The translations under genes and the position numbers were made by a program. A stretch of 64,000 nucleotides of DNA from an uncultured delta proteobacterium (lineage in GTDB: Bacteria; Myxococcota; Myxococcia; Myxococcales; Myxococcaceae): assembly GCA_963771175.1 (NCBI GenBank), contig CAVYSY010000026.1, positions 544,001 to 608,000 on the forward strand, written 5' to 3'. Numbering within the stretch: position 1 is the first letter of the stretch; each line of letters opens with the position of its first letter. This document shows, piece by piece, positions 42,717 through 58,165 of the stretch. A model generated the notes under the pieces. The model searched no databases. It had not been told where the DNA came from and was given only the letters and a program-made list of their open reading frames with translations.

Positions 42717-44318
42717 ATGTCTCGCCTTCTTTCCGCGTCGAGCCTCGCGCTCGTGCTTCTACTGTCCCTCTCCGGGTGCAAGGTGGACCCGGCCACCCCG
42801 TCCCACTGGGAGAAGACCCTGGGCAAGGCCCGGCGGGCGCAGGACAAGGTCCGGGTGCTGGAGACCCTGCGCAGCTCGGGCCACCTCAACCCGAGCTTCC
42901 TGCCCCTGCTGCACGAGCGGCTGAAGGAGGAGCACAAGCCGGAGGTGAAGGCGGCCCTGGCGCGTGCCCTCGGTGACGTGAAGAGCCCCGACTCGGTGGG
43001 CCCGCTGTCGGACGCGATGGACCTGGGCGCGACGGACTCGGCCGCCAACCTGATGAACAAGGAACTGGCGGCGGCGCTGGGAGAGATTGGAGACGCCAAG
43101 GCGGCCCCGGTGCTGCTGAAGATGCTGAAGGCCCGGGACAACTTCACCCGCATCGAGGCCGTGGACGCGCTGGGGCGGATGCGCGTGACCGACGCGGTGG
43201 AGCCGCTCATCCAGATGGCCACGGACGAGGGGGTGGAGCCCTTCCTGAACAAGAAGGCCATTGAAGCGCTGGGGCGCATCGGGGACGCACGGGCGGTGCC
43301 GGTGCTGGTGCGGATGCTGACGAAGGAGCGCCCGGGGGTGTCCTTCTATGGGGAGAGCGCGTTCTCGCTCTTCCAGATGGGCAAGCCGGCGGCGGACGCG
43401 CTGCTGCCCGCGCTGGAGGGGAAGGACGCGGAGCTGTCGCGCTGGATGAAGCAGAACAAGATCAACCCCGCGAGCTACTCCTTCAAGGCGGCACAGGTGC
43501 TGGGCCAGCTGCGAGAGCACCGGGCGGAGAGCGTGCTGGTGCAGCAGCTCGCCTTCAAGCACGAGGACCCGCGAATCCAGGCCATGGTGCGGATGCGCGC
43601 GGCGGATGCACTCGCGAGGATGCGCTCGGCCGCGGCGGTGAAGCCGCTGACGGCGATGGCGGCCGAGCCGGACGCCACGGTCCGGCAGGCGTACACGTAC
43701 GCGCTGGGGCTGCTGGGCGGGCGCGAGGCGCTGCCAGCCCTGGAGAAGGCGGCGAGCCAGGGGGACTGGTACGCGCGGGAGGCCTCCATCGAGGGCCTGA
43801 CGATGCTGGGGGATGAGCGGGAGCTGCCGGCGCTGGAGGAGCTGATGGCGGCGGAGCCGGCGAGGACGACGTCCGAGTGCCAGGAATATGGAGGCGAGGG
43901 CTGCGGGGACCCGGAGGCGCTGGCGAAGAAGCGGGCGGAGACGATCGCCAAGCACGGCAAGCGGCTGGAGGCGGCGAAGGCGTGCGGGGCGGACGCGGGC
44001 TGCTGGGCGAAGAAGCTGGAGGACGCGGACAAGGGAGTGGTGGAGCGCGCCGCGCTGGAGCTGGGGCGCGGCAGGTCGGCGGCGCACGTGGGAGCGCTGC
44101 TGGCACGGATGACGGAGAGGGACCCGAACGCGAGGCAGGCGCTCATCCTCGGGGTGGAGTGGCTGCTGGAGGACACGAAGGAAGCGGCGAGCCAGGCCCG
44201 GAGCGCGCTGCCCACGCTGGAGAAGCAGCTCTCCGAGGAGAAGGGGCGCACGGAGTTCGTGCTGGTGAACGAGGACCTGCGGCGACTGGTGGCCCGGCTG
44301 CAGCGGCAGAAGACCTGA
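42717..44318 (+). CDS. HEAT-repeat lipoprotein
   Basis: Lipobox LSGC; repeated ALGxxGDxxAVxxL. Confidence 0.85.
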   Translation: MSRLLSASSLALVLLLSLSGCKVDPATPSHWEKTLGKARRAQDKVRVLETLRSSGHLNPSFLPLLHERLKEEHKPEVKAALARALGDVKSPDSVGPLSDAMDLGATDSAANLMNKELAAALGEIGDAKAAPVLLKMLKARDNFTRIEAVDALGRMRVTDAVEPLIQMATDEGVEPFLNKKAIEALGRIGDARAVPVLVRMLTKERPGVSFYGESAFSLFQMGKPAADALLPALEGKDAELSRWMKQNKINPASYSFKAAQVLGQLREHRAESVLVQQLAFKHEDPRIQAMVRMRAADALARMRSAAAVKPLTAMAAEPDATVRQAYTYALGLLGGREALPALEKAASQGDWYAREASIEGLTMLGDERELPALEELMAAEPARTTSECQEYGGEGCGDPEALAKKRAETIAKHGKRLEAAKACGADAGCWAKKLEDADKGVVERAALELGRGRSAAHVGALLARMTERDPNARQALILGVEWLLEDTKEAASQARSALPTLEKQLSEEKGRTEFVLVNEDLRRLVARLQRQKT

Positions 44319-44346
44319 GAGGGATTGCGCTCGGAGGACAACGCCT

Positions 44347-44415
44347 CTCACTTCTGGACGTCCAGAAGCATCACACATACACCCACCTCACTTCTGGACG
44401 TCCAGAAGTGAGGTG
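44347..44415. repeat. Two copies of a palindromic element, REP-like
   Basis: CTCACTTCTGGACGTCCAGAAG at 44347 and 44387; the second copy extends to a perfect 32-bp palindrome at 44384-44415. Confidence 0.85.
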
Positions 44416-44418
44416 CCG

Positions 44419-45834
44419 TCAGCCCACCTTGCGCACGGGAGGCTCGTCCCCGCCCGAGCCCTCCTCGTCGGGATTCATGGGCGCGGGCTCGTCCTGGAAC
44501 GAGCTGGGCAGCAGGTTGAAGGGCAGCACCTTCGCCAGGGCCACCAGCAGCAGCAACCCTCCGGGCGCCGCGAAGATGGCGAGCGCCGGAATCGCCTTCG
44601 CCACGTCGATGCAGCTGCGCGCGCATGCGCTGGCGCTCTTCGGCGGTGAGCGGCTGCCTGCGCGCGGCCTTGGTGAGCAGGACGGTACAGCTCGCCCGTC
44701 TCCCGGACCTCCTGCATGAGGCGGTGGAAGTTGCTGCTCCATCGCGTCCTGCATGCTGGACACGAGGTCCTCGCCCATCAGGTCCGCGGCGGACGAGACG
44801 GTGAAGACGTCCACCACCGAGCGGTTCTTCGCGTAGAACTCGGCGACCTCCAGCTCCAGCTGGTGCACGATCGCTCGTCGGGCACCCGGAGCGCCCGGGC
44901 GAGGTGCTCGATGAAGGCCCGCTCGCCCCGCGAGCGCCGGCCATCCACCAGCGAGGCCAGCAGCGTCTGCTCCAGGATGAAGCGCCGCAGGTCCACGCTG
45001 CGCACGTCCTTCACCACCTCGCGCAAGGGACGGCGGCGCTCGAAGGACTGCTTCACGGCGGCGCGCAGCTCGTCCTCCAGCGCGTCCGGCAAGCCCGAGG
45101 TCCTCCACCTGCCGGAGAATCGCGCGGCGAGCGGAGAAGCTGGGCTGCGCGGTCCACGCAGGCCAGGCCCGCGAGCACCTCCACCAGCAGCGCCTTCTGC
45201 CGGGCCGCGAAGTCGACGCGGCGCCGGGCCATGTCGCGGCGCAGCCCGCCTCGCGCGAAGCAGTCGCAGTCGCCTGCCGGCCGAACATGTGCGCGTCGGC
45301 GTAGAGCGCCCCGTTGTGCAGCACCAGCCCGTAGGCAGGGTCTCCCGCCAGCGAGATGGCGCGGCGCTCCAGCGCGTCCTCCACCCGGCCCCACAGCTTC
45401 CGCGGAGCCTCGTGCCCCTGGCGCAGCTTCTCCTCGATGGCCTGGGCCTCGTCGAGCTGGCCGGTGAGGACGGCGAAGAGGAGCAGGAGCTGCTCGCGGC
45501 GGGGACCCGGGGGCGCCCCGGCCAGGTGCGCGATGTCCAGGGCCATGCGCGCCAGGGTGCGCACCACGGCGCGGAAGAGCAGCTCTTCGGGAGCCCCCAT
45601 CCCGGTGGTCTCGGAGGCCACGCCCTGAGCGAGCCGCCCTCGCCCATCCTCCGCGGGAGTCCCGTAGAGCAGGCCGCTGGCGCGCAGCATCCGGCGCAGG
45701 TACGCGCGGGCGCGGGCCCGGCCGGAGCAGGACTCGGGGAGGCCCGGAGGCACCACGGGGTCCGGCGCGCGCTCATGAGCCGCCACCGCCTCCTCGAGCA
45801 ACGAGGAGAGCCAACCCGCCTTGCCTAAGTCCAT
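44419..45834 (-). CDS. TerB-like/LETM1-like domain protein; several frameshifts
   Basis: LASLVDGRRSRGERAFI (TerB-like); C-terminal DVAKAIPALAIFAAPGG...LLPSSF (LETM1-like). Confidence 0.6.
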   Translation of the reverse strand: MDLGKAGWLSSLLEEAVAAHERAPDPVVPPGLPESCSGRARARAYLRRMLRASGLLYGTPAEDGRGRLAQGVASETTGMGAPEELLFRAVVRTLARMALDIAHLAGAPPGPRREQLLLLFAVLTGQLDEAQAIEEKLRQGHEAPRKLWGRVEDALERRAISLAGDPAYGLVLHNGALYADAHMFGRQATATASREAGCAATWPGAASTSRPGRRRCWWRCSRAWPAWTAQPSFSARRAILRQVEDLGLAGRAGGRAARRREAVLRAPPSLARGGEGRAQRGPAALHPGADAAGLAGGWPALAGRAGLHRAPRPGAPGARRAIVHQLELEVAEFYAKNRSVVDVFTVSSAADLMGEDLVSSMQDAMEQQLPPPHAGGPGDGRAVPSCSPRPRAGSRSPPKSASACARSCIDVAKAIPALAIFAAPGGLLLLVALAKVLPFNLLPSSFQDEPAPMNPDEEGSGGDEPPVRKVG

Positions 45835-45900
45835 CGGAAATACACCCCAGGTGCCACACCGGACGGCGGTCCGGAAATAGCCCAGTTGCCGCCCCGGCGC

Positions 45901-45933
45901 CACCGGCCCCCTCACTCGCGGGAGGGGCCGGTG
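45901..45933. terminator. GC-rich hairpin downstream of the MBL hydrolase
   Basis: CACCGGCCCC...GGGGCCGGTG, 10-bp stem. Confidence 0.35.
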
Positions 45934-45980
45934 CGGGCGTCCAGAACCGGCGCTTCTGGCCGGCCCCGGACGGATGAGGT

Positions 45981-46805
45981 CTACAGCGCGGTGGCCTTGC
46001 CAGGCTCCAGCGCCTTCACCTTCGCCGGGCTCTTCGCCTTCTTCAGCTCGGCCTCGACCTTGTCGGGCGAGCCGGTCGAGCAGCGGGAAGGTGCCGTAGT
46101 GCATGGGCACCACGGTGGGATCGCCGAGCAGCCGGGCGGCCTGGGCGGCGCCGGTGGGGTCCAGGGTGAAGTGGCCGCCCACGGGCAGCAGGGCGTAGGT
46201 GGGCTTGAAGCGCTCGCCGATGAGGTTCATCCCGCCGAACAGGCCGGTGTCACCACCGTGGTACAGGGTGGGGCCGTTGTCGATCTGGATGACGAAGCCC
46301 ATGGGCGCGCCCGCGTACTGGGCCGGGGCTCTTGTCGTCCGCGGCGTAGCTGCTGGAGTGCACGGCCTCCACGAGGTGGATGGTGGCGTCCTTCACCTTG
46401 AAAGCGCCGCCAACGTTGCCGCCCATCGCCTTGTCCTGGGGCACGCCCAGGAGGTTGATGAGCTCGAAGCAGCCGTACACCTGGGCGCCCGTCTTCTGCT
46501 GCCAGCGCCTTGGCGTCACCCACGTGGTCGAAGTGCCCGTGGGTGACGAGGATGGCGTCCACCTGCTCCGGCCACTGCATGTCCTTGGGCGCCTTGGGGC
46601 TGGTCAGCCAGGGGTCGATGACAATCGTGGCCCCGCCCGGGGTACGGAGGACGAAGGCCGCGTGGCCCCACCAGGTGAGCTCCGCCTTTCCGGCCGTGGC
46701 GGAGGCCTCCTTTTTGGCGGCCCCCTTACCGGGGGGCTGTGCACCCGCCGTGCCCGCCAGCGTCAGGAGCGCTCCCACCATCAGTCCTGCGAACCGGGTC
46801 TTCAT
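45981..46805 (-). CDS. Exported metal-dependent hydrolase (MBL fold, UPF0173-like); frameshifts
   Basis: Signal peptide, TWWGHA, IDPW, VTHGHFDH, AVHSS, YHGGDTG, VPMHYGTFP. Confidence 0.85.
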
Positions 46806-46989
46806 TGCGTGCTCCTCCTCGAAAAGACTGGTGTCCCGCGGTGCCACCGAGGCCCCCCGCGGTCGAGGGGCCGCTTATTCGGCGAGCGGACAATCGTCCA
46901 GAGGCAAATCCGGCCGTACACGGCGAGGTGGACAGATGGAGGGGGGGAGGCGTACGGGTCGCGACGTATACGCTAGGGTCAGGCGGCGC

Positions 46990-48826
46990 GTGGATCATCG
47001 ATTCCAGGTCAATCTCCGGGGGGTCATCGACCTCCTGTCCCATCACCTCTACAGCACGCCCGGCGTGTTCGTGCGCGAGCTGCTTGCAGAACGCCACGGA
47101 CGCCATCCGCGCCCGGCGACACCTGGAGCCCGACCACCGGGGCACGGTGCGGGTGGAGCTCATCGAGAAGCAGGACGGGGGACTGCCCACCCTGCTCTTC
47201 AGCGACGACGGCGTGGGGCTGACGGAGGAGGAGATCCACCGCTTCCTGGCCACCATCGGCGAGAGCTCCAAGCGCGAGACGCTGGAGGCGCGCCGCAACG
47301 ACTTCATCGGCCAGTTCGGCATCGGCCTGCTGTCCTGCTTCATGGTGTGCGACGAGCTGCTGGTGGTGACGCGCTCGGCGAAGGGCGACGGCGGCACCAT
47401 GGAGTGGCGGGGCCGGCATGACGGCACGTACGCGGTGCGGCGCCTCCGAGCACCCGCTGGAGCGGCCGGGCACCCAGGTCTTCCTCGTCGCCCGCGCGGA
47501 CGCCGCCGAGTGACTTCACCGCCGAGCGGGTGCGGCAGCTCGCGGCGCACTACGGCGGCCTGCTGCCCTTCCCCGTCCACCTCACCGCCGACGGGCGGCA
47601 CCGAGCACCTCAACCCGGACCCGCCGCCCTGGCGCCGCGAGTACGCGAGCGCGGCGGAGCGTCGAGCGGCGCTGCTGGCCTACGGGCGCGAGGTGTTCGA
47701 CACGGAGTTCGTGGACTGCATCCCCCTGCGCGCCGAGGCGGGCCAGGTGGAGGGGGTGGCCTTCGTGCTGCCCTTCTCGCCGCACTTCAACGCGCGCCAG
47801 AAGCACCGCGTGTACCTCAAGGACATGCTGCTGTCCGAGAGCGCGGAGAACCTGCTCCCCGAGTGGGCCTTCTTCGTCAAGTGCGTGGTGAATGCCCAGG
47901 GCCTGCGCCCCACCGCCAGCCGCGAGGCCTTCTACGAGGACGCCACCCTGGCGCGCGCCCGCGAGTCGCTCGGGCAGTCGCTGCGCCAGTACCTGGTGGA
48001 CCTCGCCACGAACGACCCGCGCACCCTGCAGCGGCTCATCGCCCTGCACGGCCTGTCGGTGAAGTCGCTCGCGCTGGATGATGATGACTTCTTCCGGCTC
48101 GTCATCCACTGGCTGCCCTTCGAGACGACGCTCGGGATGATGACGCTGGGGCACTACCGCGCGCACGTACCCCACGGTGCGCTACGTCTCCGACCTGGAC
48201 GCCTTCCGGCAGGTGGCGCGCGTGGCGGCGGCCCAGGGGCTGTGCATCATCAACGGGGCCTACACGCACGACACGGCGCTGCTGGAGAAGCTGCCGCGCG
48301 TGCTGCCGGACACGCGGGTGGAGCTCTTCTCCGCGTCGGAGCTGCCCCAGCGCTTCGAGGAGCTGACGGCGGAGGAGCGCGAGGCGGTGCCGCGCTGCGG
48401 CAGGTGGCCGAGGCGGCGCTCGCAGCCGTTCGGCTGCGAGGTCGTCCCTCAAGAAGTTCCTCCCGGTCGAGGTGCCCACGCTCTTCGGGGACGTGGACGA
48501 CGGGGCCTTCCGGCGGGACGTGGAGCGCGCCCGCGAGGAGACGGACGCGCTGTACGCCTCGGTGCTGGAGGGCGCCCTGGCCGAGTCCCGCGAGGAGGAG
48601 CGGCCGCAGCTCTGCTTCAACTTCCTCAACCCGGTGGTGCGCCGGCTGGCGCGGGTGAGGGACATCTCGCGCTGCTCAAGCTGTCGGTGGAGATGCTGTA
48701 CGTGCAGGCGCTGCTGCTGGGGCACCGCCCGCTGAACGCGCGGGAGATGGCGCTGCTGAACCGGGGCCTGCTGGGCCTCATCGCGGCGCGCCTGGACGAC
48801 GACGAAGGCACAGGGGCGTGCATTGA
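46990..48826 (+). CDS. HSP90-family (HtpG-like) GHKL ATPase; multiple frameshifts
   Basis: FQVNLRGVIDLLSHHLYS, RELLQNATDAI, DDGVGL, IGQFGIGLLS, LLPEWAFFV, PTASRE. Confidence 0.85.
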
Positions 48827-49957
48827 GCGCGAGCGAGGACTGGCGCGAGCAGGTGCGAGGTCCTGCTCGGGCGCGCGTCGCGGCTGGAGCCGGCGAGGCC
48901 AAGGTGATGGCCCTGGAGGAAGCGGCGCGGCTGGCGGATCGCGCACTGCGACGTGCCGCTCGCCTTCGAGGTGCGGGACGCGCTCATCGACGCGGCCACC
49001 TTCGGCGGCTTTCCGGACAAGGCGCTGGTGGCCTTCGCGTGGTGCCGGGGACAGCAGCAGAAGGACCCGGAGCGCCTTCGCCCTGGAGCCGCTGCTGTGG
49101 AAGCAGAAGTGGGTGGTGGGCCGGCTGGACGAGTTCCCCCACATCAGCCGCAAGCAGATTGAAGACGCGCTGGACGACGTGGAGCAGTGCTTCGCCAGGG
49201 CGGGCGCGGGGCGGCGGGCGGTGCTGAAGCTGCGCTACCAGGCCGCGCGGGACATGGGGGACGAGGCCGAGGCGGCGGCGTCTGGGCGCAGTGGGTGGAG
49301 GCGCCGCGAGACCACCTCACGGACTGCCGCGCGTGCGAGCTGGATGACGAGCTGGACCACCACATCGACCGCGGGCGAGTACGCGGCGGTGCTGGAGAAG
49401 GCGCGGCCCCTCCTGGAGGGCCGGAGCGCGTGCGCGGAGGTGCCGCACCTGACGCTGGGCAGCGTGCTCTACCCGCTCTTCAAGCTGGGCCGGCTGGAGC
49501 AGGCGCGCGACAGCCACCTGCGCGGCTATGCCCTGGTGCAACGCAACCGGGAGTTCCTCGCCACGGTGGGCGAGCACCTGGAGTTCCTCGGCCTGACGGG
49601 GAACGTGGCGCGGGGGTTGGTGCTCTTCGAGCGCCACGTGGGATGGGCGCTGGAGCACGCGAGCCACCGGGACCGCTTCACCTTCTACACGGCCGCGCTC
49701 TCCCTGATGGAGCGGGCACTGACGGAGCAGCGGGAACGGGTGGAGCTTCGCTGCCTCGCGGCTTCGCGCTGTACTCGCCCGAGGGCACCTACGAGACGCG
49801 GGCCCTGCGCGGCTGGCTGGCCGCGCAGGCCGAGGGCATCGGGGCGAAGTTCGACGCGCGCAACGGGACGGACCGCTTCCTCCGGCTCCTCACCCGAGCG
49901 AAGCAGCTCGGAGACGAAGCGGTCTCCTTCCCCATCGACGCCCCCCCGCCCTCCTGA
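48823..49957 (+). CDS. Helical (TPR-like) partner of the HSP90-like protein, with DCxACE motif; frameshifts
   Basis: TTG start overlaps upstream TGA; LLWKQKW, DHLTDCRACELDD, CAEVPH, FDARNGT. Confidence 0.65.
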
Positions 49958-49960
49958 GCG

Positions 49961-50959
49961 CTACGGCCGCTTCTCGGGGCTCGCCGTCAGGGCCGGGTCC
50001 CTCTCGACGACGGGGCCCAGAATCTCGTCGATGCGGCGCATCAGCTCCGGGCTCAGCTTCACGCCCGCGGCCTTGACGTTCTCCTTCACCTGCTCGGGCC
50101 TCGAGGCGCCGATGATGGCCGAGGCCACGTTCGGGTTCTGGAGCACCCAGGCCACGGCGAGCTGCGCCAGGGACAGCTTCACCTCGTCCGCCACGGGCTT
50201 GAGCTGCTGCACGCGCGTGAGGACGTCGTCCGTCATGAAGCGCTGGATGAAGCGCGCGCCGCCCTTCTCGTCCGTGGCGCGGCTGCCCGCCGGCGGCTTC
50301 TCGCCCGGCAGGTACTTGCCGGTGAGCACGCCCTGCGCGATGGGCGACCAGACGATCTGCCCCACGCCCAGCTCCCGCGAGGTGGGGATGACCTTGCCCT
50401 CGATGATCCGCCACAGCATGGAGTACTGCGGCTGGCTGGAGATGAGCTGGAAGCCCATCTGCCTCGCCAGCGTCACGCCCGCGCGGAGCTGCTCGGCCGT
50501 CCACTCGGATACGCCGATGTAGAGCGCCTTGCCCTGGCGGACGACGTCGGCGAAGGCCTGCATCGTCTCCTCGAGCGGCGTCTCGAAGTCGTAGCGGTGC
50601 GCCTGGTACAGGTCCACGTAGTCCGTCTTCAGCCGCCGCAGCGAGCCGTTGATGGACTCCAGGATGTGCTTGCGCGACAGGCCGCGGTCATTGGGCCCGG
50701 GACCGGTCGGCCAGTACACCTTGGTGAAGATCTCCAGGCCCTCGCGCCGCTGGCCCTGCAGCGCGCGCCCGAGCACCTCCTCGGCGCGCGTGCCGGCGTA
50801 GACGTCGGCGGTATCGAAGGTGGTGATGCCCTCGTCGAGCGCGGCGCGCACGCAGGCGAGCGCCGCCGCCTCCTCGACCTGGGAGCCATGGGTCAGCCAG
50901 TTCCCGTAGGAAATCTCACTGACCATGAGACCGCTGCTGCCGAGATGTCGGAAGTTCAT
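49961..50959 (-). CDS. Aldo/keto reductase (Kv-beta-like)
   Basis: GNWLTHG, FDTADVY, DLYQAHR, GVSEW, QPQYS, WSPIAQG. Confidence 0.93.
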   Translation of the reverse strand: MNFRHLGSSGLMVSEISYGNWLTHGSQVEEAAALACVRAALDEGITTFDTADVYAGTRAEEVLGRALQGQRREGLEIFTKVYWPTGPGPNDRGLSRKHILESINGSLRRLKTDYVDLYQAHRYDFETPLEETMQAFADVVRQGKALYIGVSEWTAEQLRAGVTLARQMGFQLISSQPQYSMLWRIIEGKVIPTSRELGVGQIVWSPIAQGVLTGKYLPGEKPPAGSRATDEKGGARFIQRFMTDDVLTRVQQLKPVADEVKLSLAQLAVAWVLQNPNVASAIIGASRPEQVKENVKAAGVKLSPELMRRIDEILGPVVERDPALTASPEKRP

Positions 50960-51005
50960 GCGCGCAGACTTAACCCGCCGCACGGACCGGCACCATCGGA
51001 ACGCG

Positions 51006-52571
51006 TCAACCCTCCGCCAGTGGACGCGCCGGGAGCGAGACGGTGAACACCGTCCCCTGGCCGGGCACGCTGCTCACCGAGATGTCCCCTCCAAAGCGCC
51101 GCACGATGTTGCGACTGATGGACAGACCCAGCCCCGTGCCCGTCGAGCCCTTCGTGGTGAAGAAGGGCTGGAAGAGCCGGTGCAGGCGCTCGGGCGGGAT
51201 TCCGGGTCCCGTGTCGCCGACCTCGATGACGGCCCGGTCCTCCTCACGGCGCGCGGTGATGCGGATCTCCTTGCGCGCGCCCTCCCAGTCCGCGAGCGCC
51301 TGCGCCGCGTTGACCAGCAGGTTGACGAAGACCTGCGAGACGGGTCCCGGGTTCCCCCGCACCTGGAGTCCCTCGGCGAGCACGGCCTCGACACGCGCCC
51401 GCTGCGACGTCTCGATCCGGGCGATGCGGAGCGCCGAGCGGATGGCCTCGTTCAGGTCGAACCAGCCTCCGGCCTCGTCGTCCGTACGCGCCAGCGCGCG
51501 CATGTCGCGGACGATGTCGCTGATGCGGTGGGCGCCCTCTCGTGCGTCCAGGATGGCCTGCTCCAGCTCGTCCAGGTCCACCTTCGCGCCCTGGCGCAGC
51601 GCCGCCAGTTGCTCCCGGACGTAGCCGAGGTTGCTGATGACGTAGGCCGTCGGGTTGTTGATTTCATGTCCGATGCCGGCCGCCACCTGCCCCAGCGTCG
51701 CGAGCTGCTCGGAGGCCGCGAGCTGGCATGCCAGGCGCCCGTTCTCCAGCGCGAGCACCACGTGGCTCGAGAGCACCGCCACGCGGTCCAGGTCCCTCTT
51801 GCCGAAGATGCGCTGGACGCTCCTGCGCAACAGGCAGAGCACCCCGAGCACCTGCTCCTCCACGGCCAGGGGATAGAGGATGGCCGACGCCTTCCCCAGT
51901 CCCGGGGCATCGCCGAGCCGCCGATCCATGAGCCCGGGGCCGATGAGGGCCGGGGTCCGATCCTCGGGCAGCGCCTGGACCACCCGCTCGGAGAGCTCCC
52001 GCAGCAGGGTCCCCTCGGACTCGGAGACGAGGCCGCACGCGTGCGCCACCTGGAGCCGCCCCTGGGCGTCGGGGATCGCGAGCACCACCGCGTCCGAGCT
52101 CATCAGCCGCTGGCTCCCCTCCACGATGGCCTGGGGAATGCGCGCGAACTCGCTCGTCGCGAAGAAGGACTGGCTCGCCCGCACCAGGTCCGCCGACACG
52201 TTGAGGCGATGGCGGTCGAGCGCGCGCGCGACGCAGGAGTACATCTCGTGGATGTCGAACGGCTTGCGGATGAGGTCGAACGCGCCGGCCCTCATGCACT
52301 CGATGGCCAGCTCGACCTCGGCATAGCCGGTGGCGACGATGACCTCGGTGCCCGGATGGACCTGCTTCACCTCGCGCAGCAGCTCGAGCCCGCTCATGAA
52401 CGGCATCTGGACGTCGGTGATGATGATGCCGGGCGGGGACTCCTGCAGGAGCCGCAAGGCGGCCTGACCGTCGGCGGCCTCGGTGATGCTGTATCCCTCC
52501 TGCTCCAACTGGTAGCGAAGGAGCAGGCGCATGTCCCGCTCATCGTCCACGACGAGGATGTGCTCAGGCAT
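51006..52571 (-). CDS. Hybrid receiver-GAF-histidine kinase
   Basis: VVDDE, TDVQMP, KPF; GAF-like middle; HEINNP, NLLVNA, DTGPGI, GTGLGL. Confidence 0.92.
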   Translation of the reverse strand: MPEHILVVDDERDMRLLLRYQLEQEGYSITEAADGQAALRLLQESPPGIIITDVQMPFMSGLELLREVKQVHPGTEVIVATGYAEVELAIECMRAGAFDLIRKPFDIHEMYSCVARALDRHRLNVSADLVRASQSFFATSEFARIPQAIVEGSQRLMSSDAVVLAIPDAQGRLQVAHACGLVSESEGTLLRELSERVVQALPEDRTPALIGPGLMDRRLGDAPGLGKASAILYPLAVEEQVLGVLCLLRRSVQRIFGKRDLDRVAVLSSHVVLALENGRLACQLAASEQLATLGQVAAGIGHEINNPTAYVISNLGYVREQLAALRQGAKVDLDELEQAILDAREGAHRISDIVRDMRALARTDDEAGGWFDLNEAIRSALRIARIETSQRARVEAVLAEGLQVRGNPGPVSQVFVNLLVNAAQALADWEGARKEIRITARREEDRAVIEVGDTGPGIPPERLHRLFQPFFTTKGSTGTGLGLSISRNIVRRFGGDISVSSVPGQGTVFTVSLPARPLAEG

Positions 52572-52640
52572 GGGTGGCTTCCAGGTCGATGAAGGGATGG
52601 AGGCGGGTGAGGCTCCGCCGCGGGGGACGAGGACAGGGTC

Positions 52641-54803
<2,163 letters not shown>

Positions 54804-54965
54804 GGCGGTGTCCTGCGTTGGGACAGGGCTGGCGGAGATCGTCTCACGGGTCCCCCGGAAAAGCCTGGGTACCCAGAATATATCGAGCGTGTTCCCGAGG
54901 GGAGAGGGCCCCGGGATTGTCGCACGGACAACGAGCCTGCCCTCTCGCTGTCCGGGAGAGCCTTC

Positions 54966-57290
<2,325 letters not shown>

Positions 57291-57380
57291 GGCGACACAA
57301 ACCCTACACCATCCCACACAAGATTGCGAGGGGGCGGACGAGGGGGCCGGCAGCGAGTGGGCCGCCAGCCCCCCGAGGCC

Positions 57381-58141
57381 TCAGGGCTTGTCGGACGGCA
57401 CCTCGCCGGTGAGCACGCAGATGAGCGCCACCGGGTCGCACTTCACCGGGAAGATGGGGTTGATGCCCGAGCCGCGAGGCGGCCCGCGGCGGGGTCCGGG
57501 CGCGGGTCGCACTTCGTCTCGTCCGGCACCTTCTGCTTCTTGCCGTCGGGTGATCTCCTGGCGCAGCTCACCACCGGCCAGATGCCCTTCACCGTGTACT
57601 CGGCGGTGCAGCCGTTCTCGGTGTAGCGCAGGTCCGCGGTGAACTGCGTGCCCGGAATCTCCGGCGTGTTGTAGATGCGCAGGTTGGACCACTCGTAGGC
57701 GAGGCTGAGGGGCGCCTTGCTGAGACCGCCGTAGCGCGCCTCCAGCCGCGCCGCGCCGAGCGAGGGCACCTCGCAGAAGTTGTCCGGGCCCGGGACATCC
57801 GAGCGTCAGCGCGCCCACGGAGTTCGGCTGGCTGGGCGCGTCCGGATCCACCTGGGTGTCCTTGTGCGCCAGCTCGTCGCCCATCCGCTCGGGTGCGAAT
57901 GGCCACCGTGTCCGTCGCCGTTGGGGTCCTCGCTGAAGTACTTCTCCAGGCCCACCGCCTCCGGCTTGAGCTGGGCGCACGAGAGGCTCGTGTCCTGCCC
58001 CTCCTTCAGGCGTGTAGACGGTGGCGAAGGAGCCCTTGGCCACCGACGCACTGCGGATCCTGCTGATAGGCACCACAGGCGCCCAGGCGTGGAGGTGAAC
58101 ACCACCACGCCCGTGCCCAATCCAATCAGTCGAAGATTCAT
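57381..58141 (-). CDS. MlpA-like Cys-rich lipoprotein; multiple frameshifts
   Basis: Directly downstream of the Oar-like gene; YEWSNLR, GTQFTADLRYTENGCTAEY..GIWPVVSC, GSGINP.FPVKCDP. Confidence 0.6.
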
Positions 58142-58165
58142 GGAGTGTTCTCCTGGGAACGAGCA

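Noticed and set aside
44347..44415. Mini CRISPR array
   Set aside because: Only two 22-bp units, an 18-bp spacer, loop-less palindrome and no cas genes
48177..50522. 781-aa HSP90-partner-AKR fusion ORF
   Set aside because: Artefact of frameshifts joining two genes and the antisense strand of the reductase
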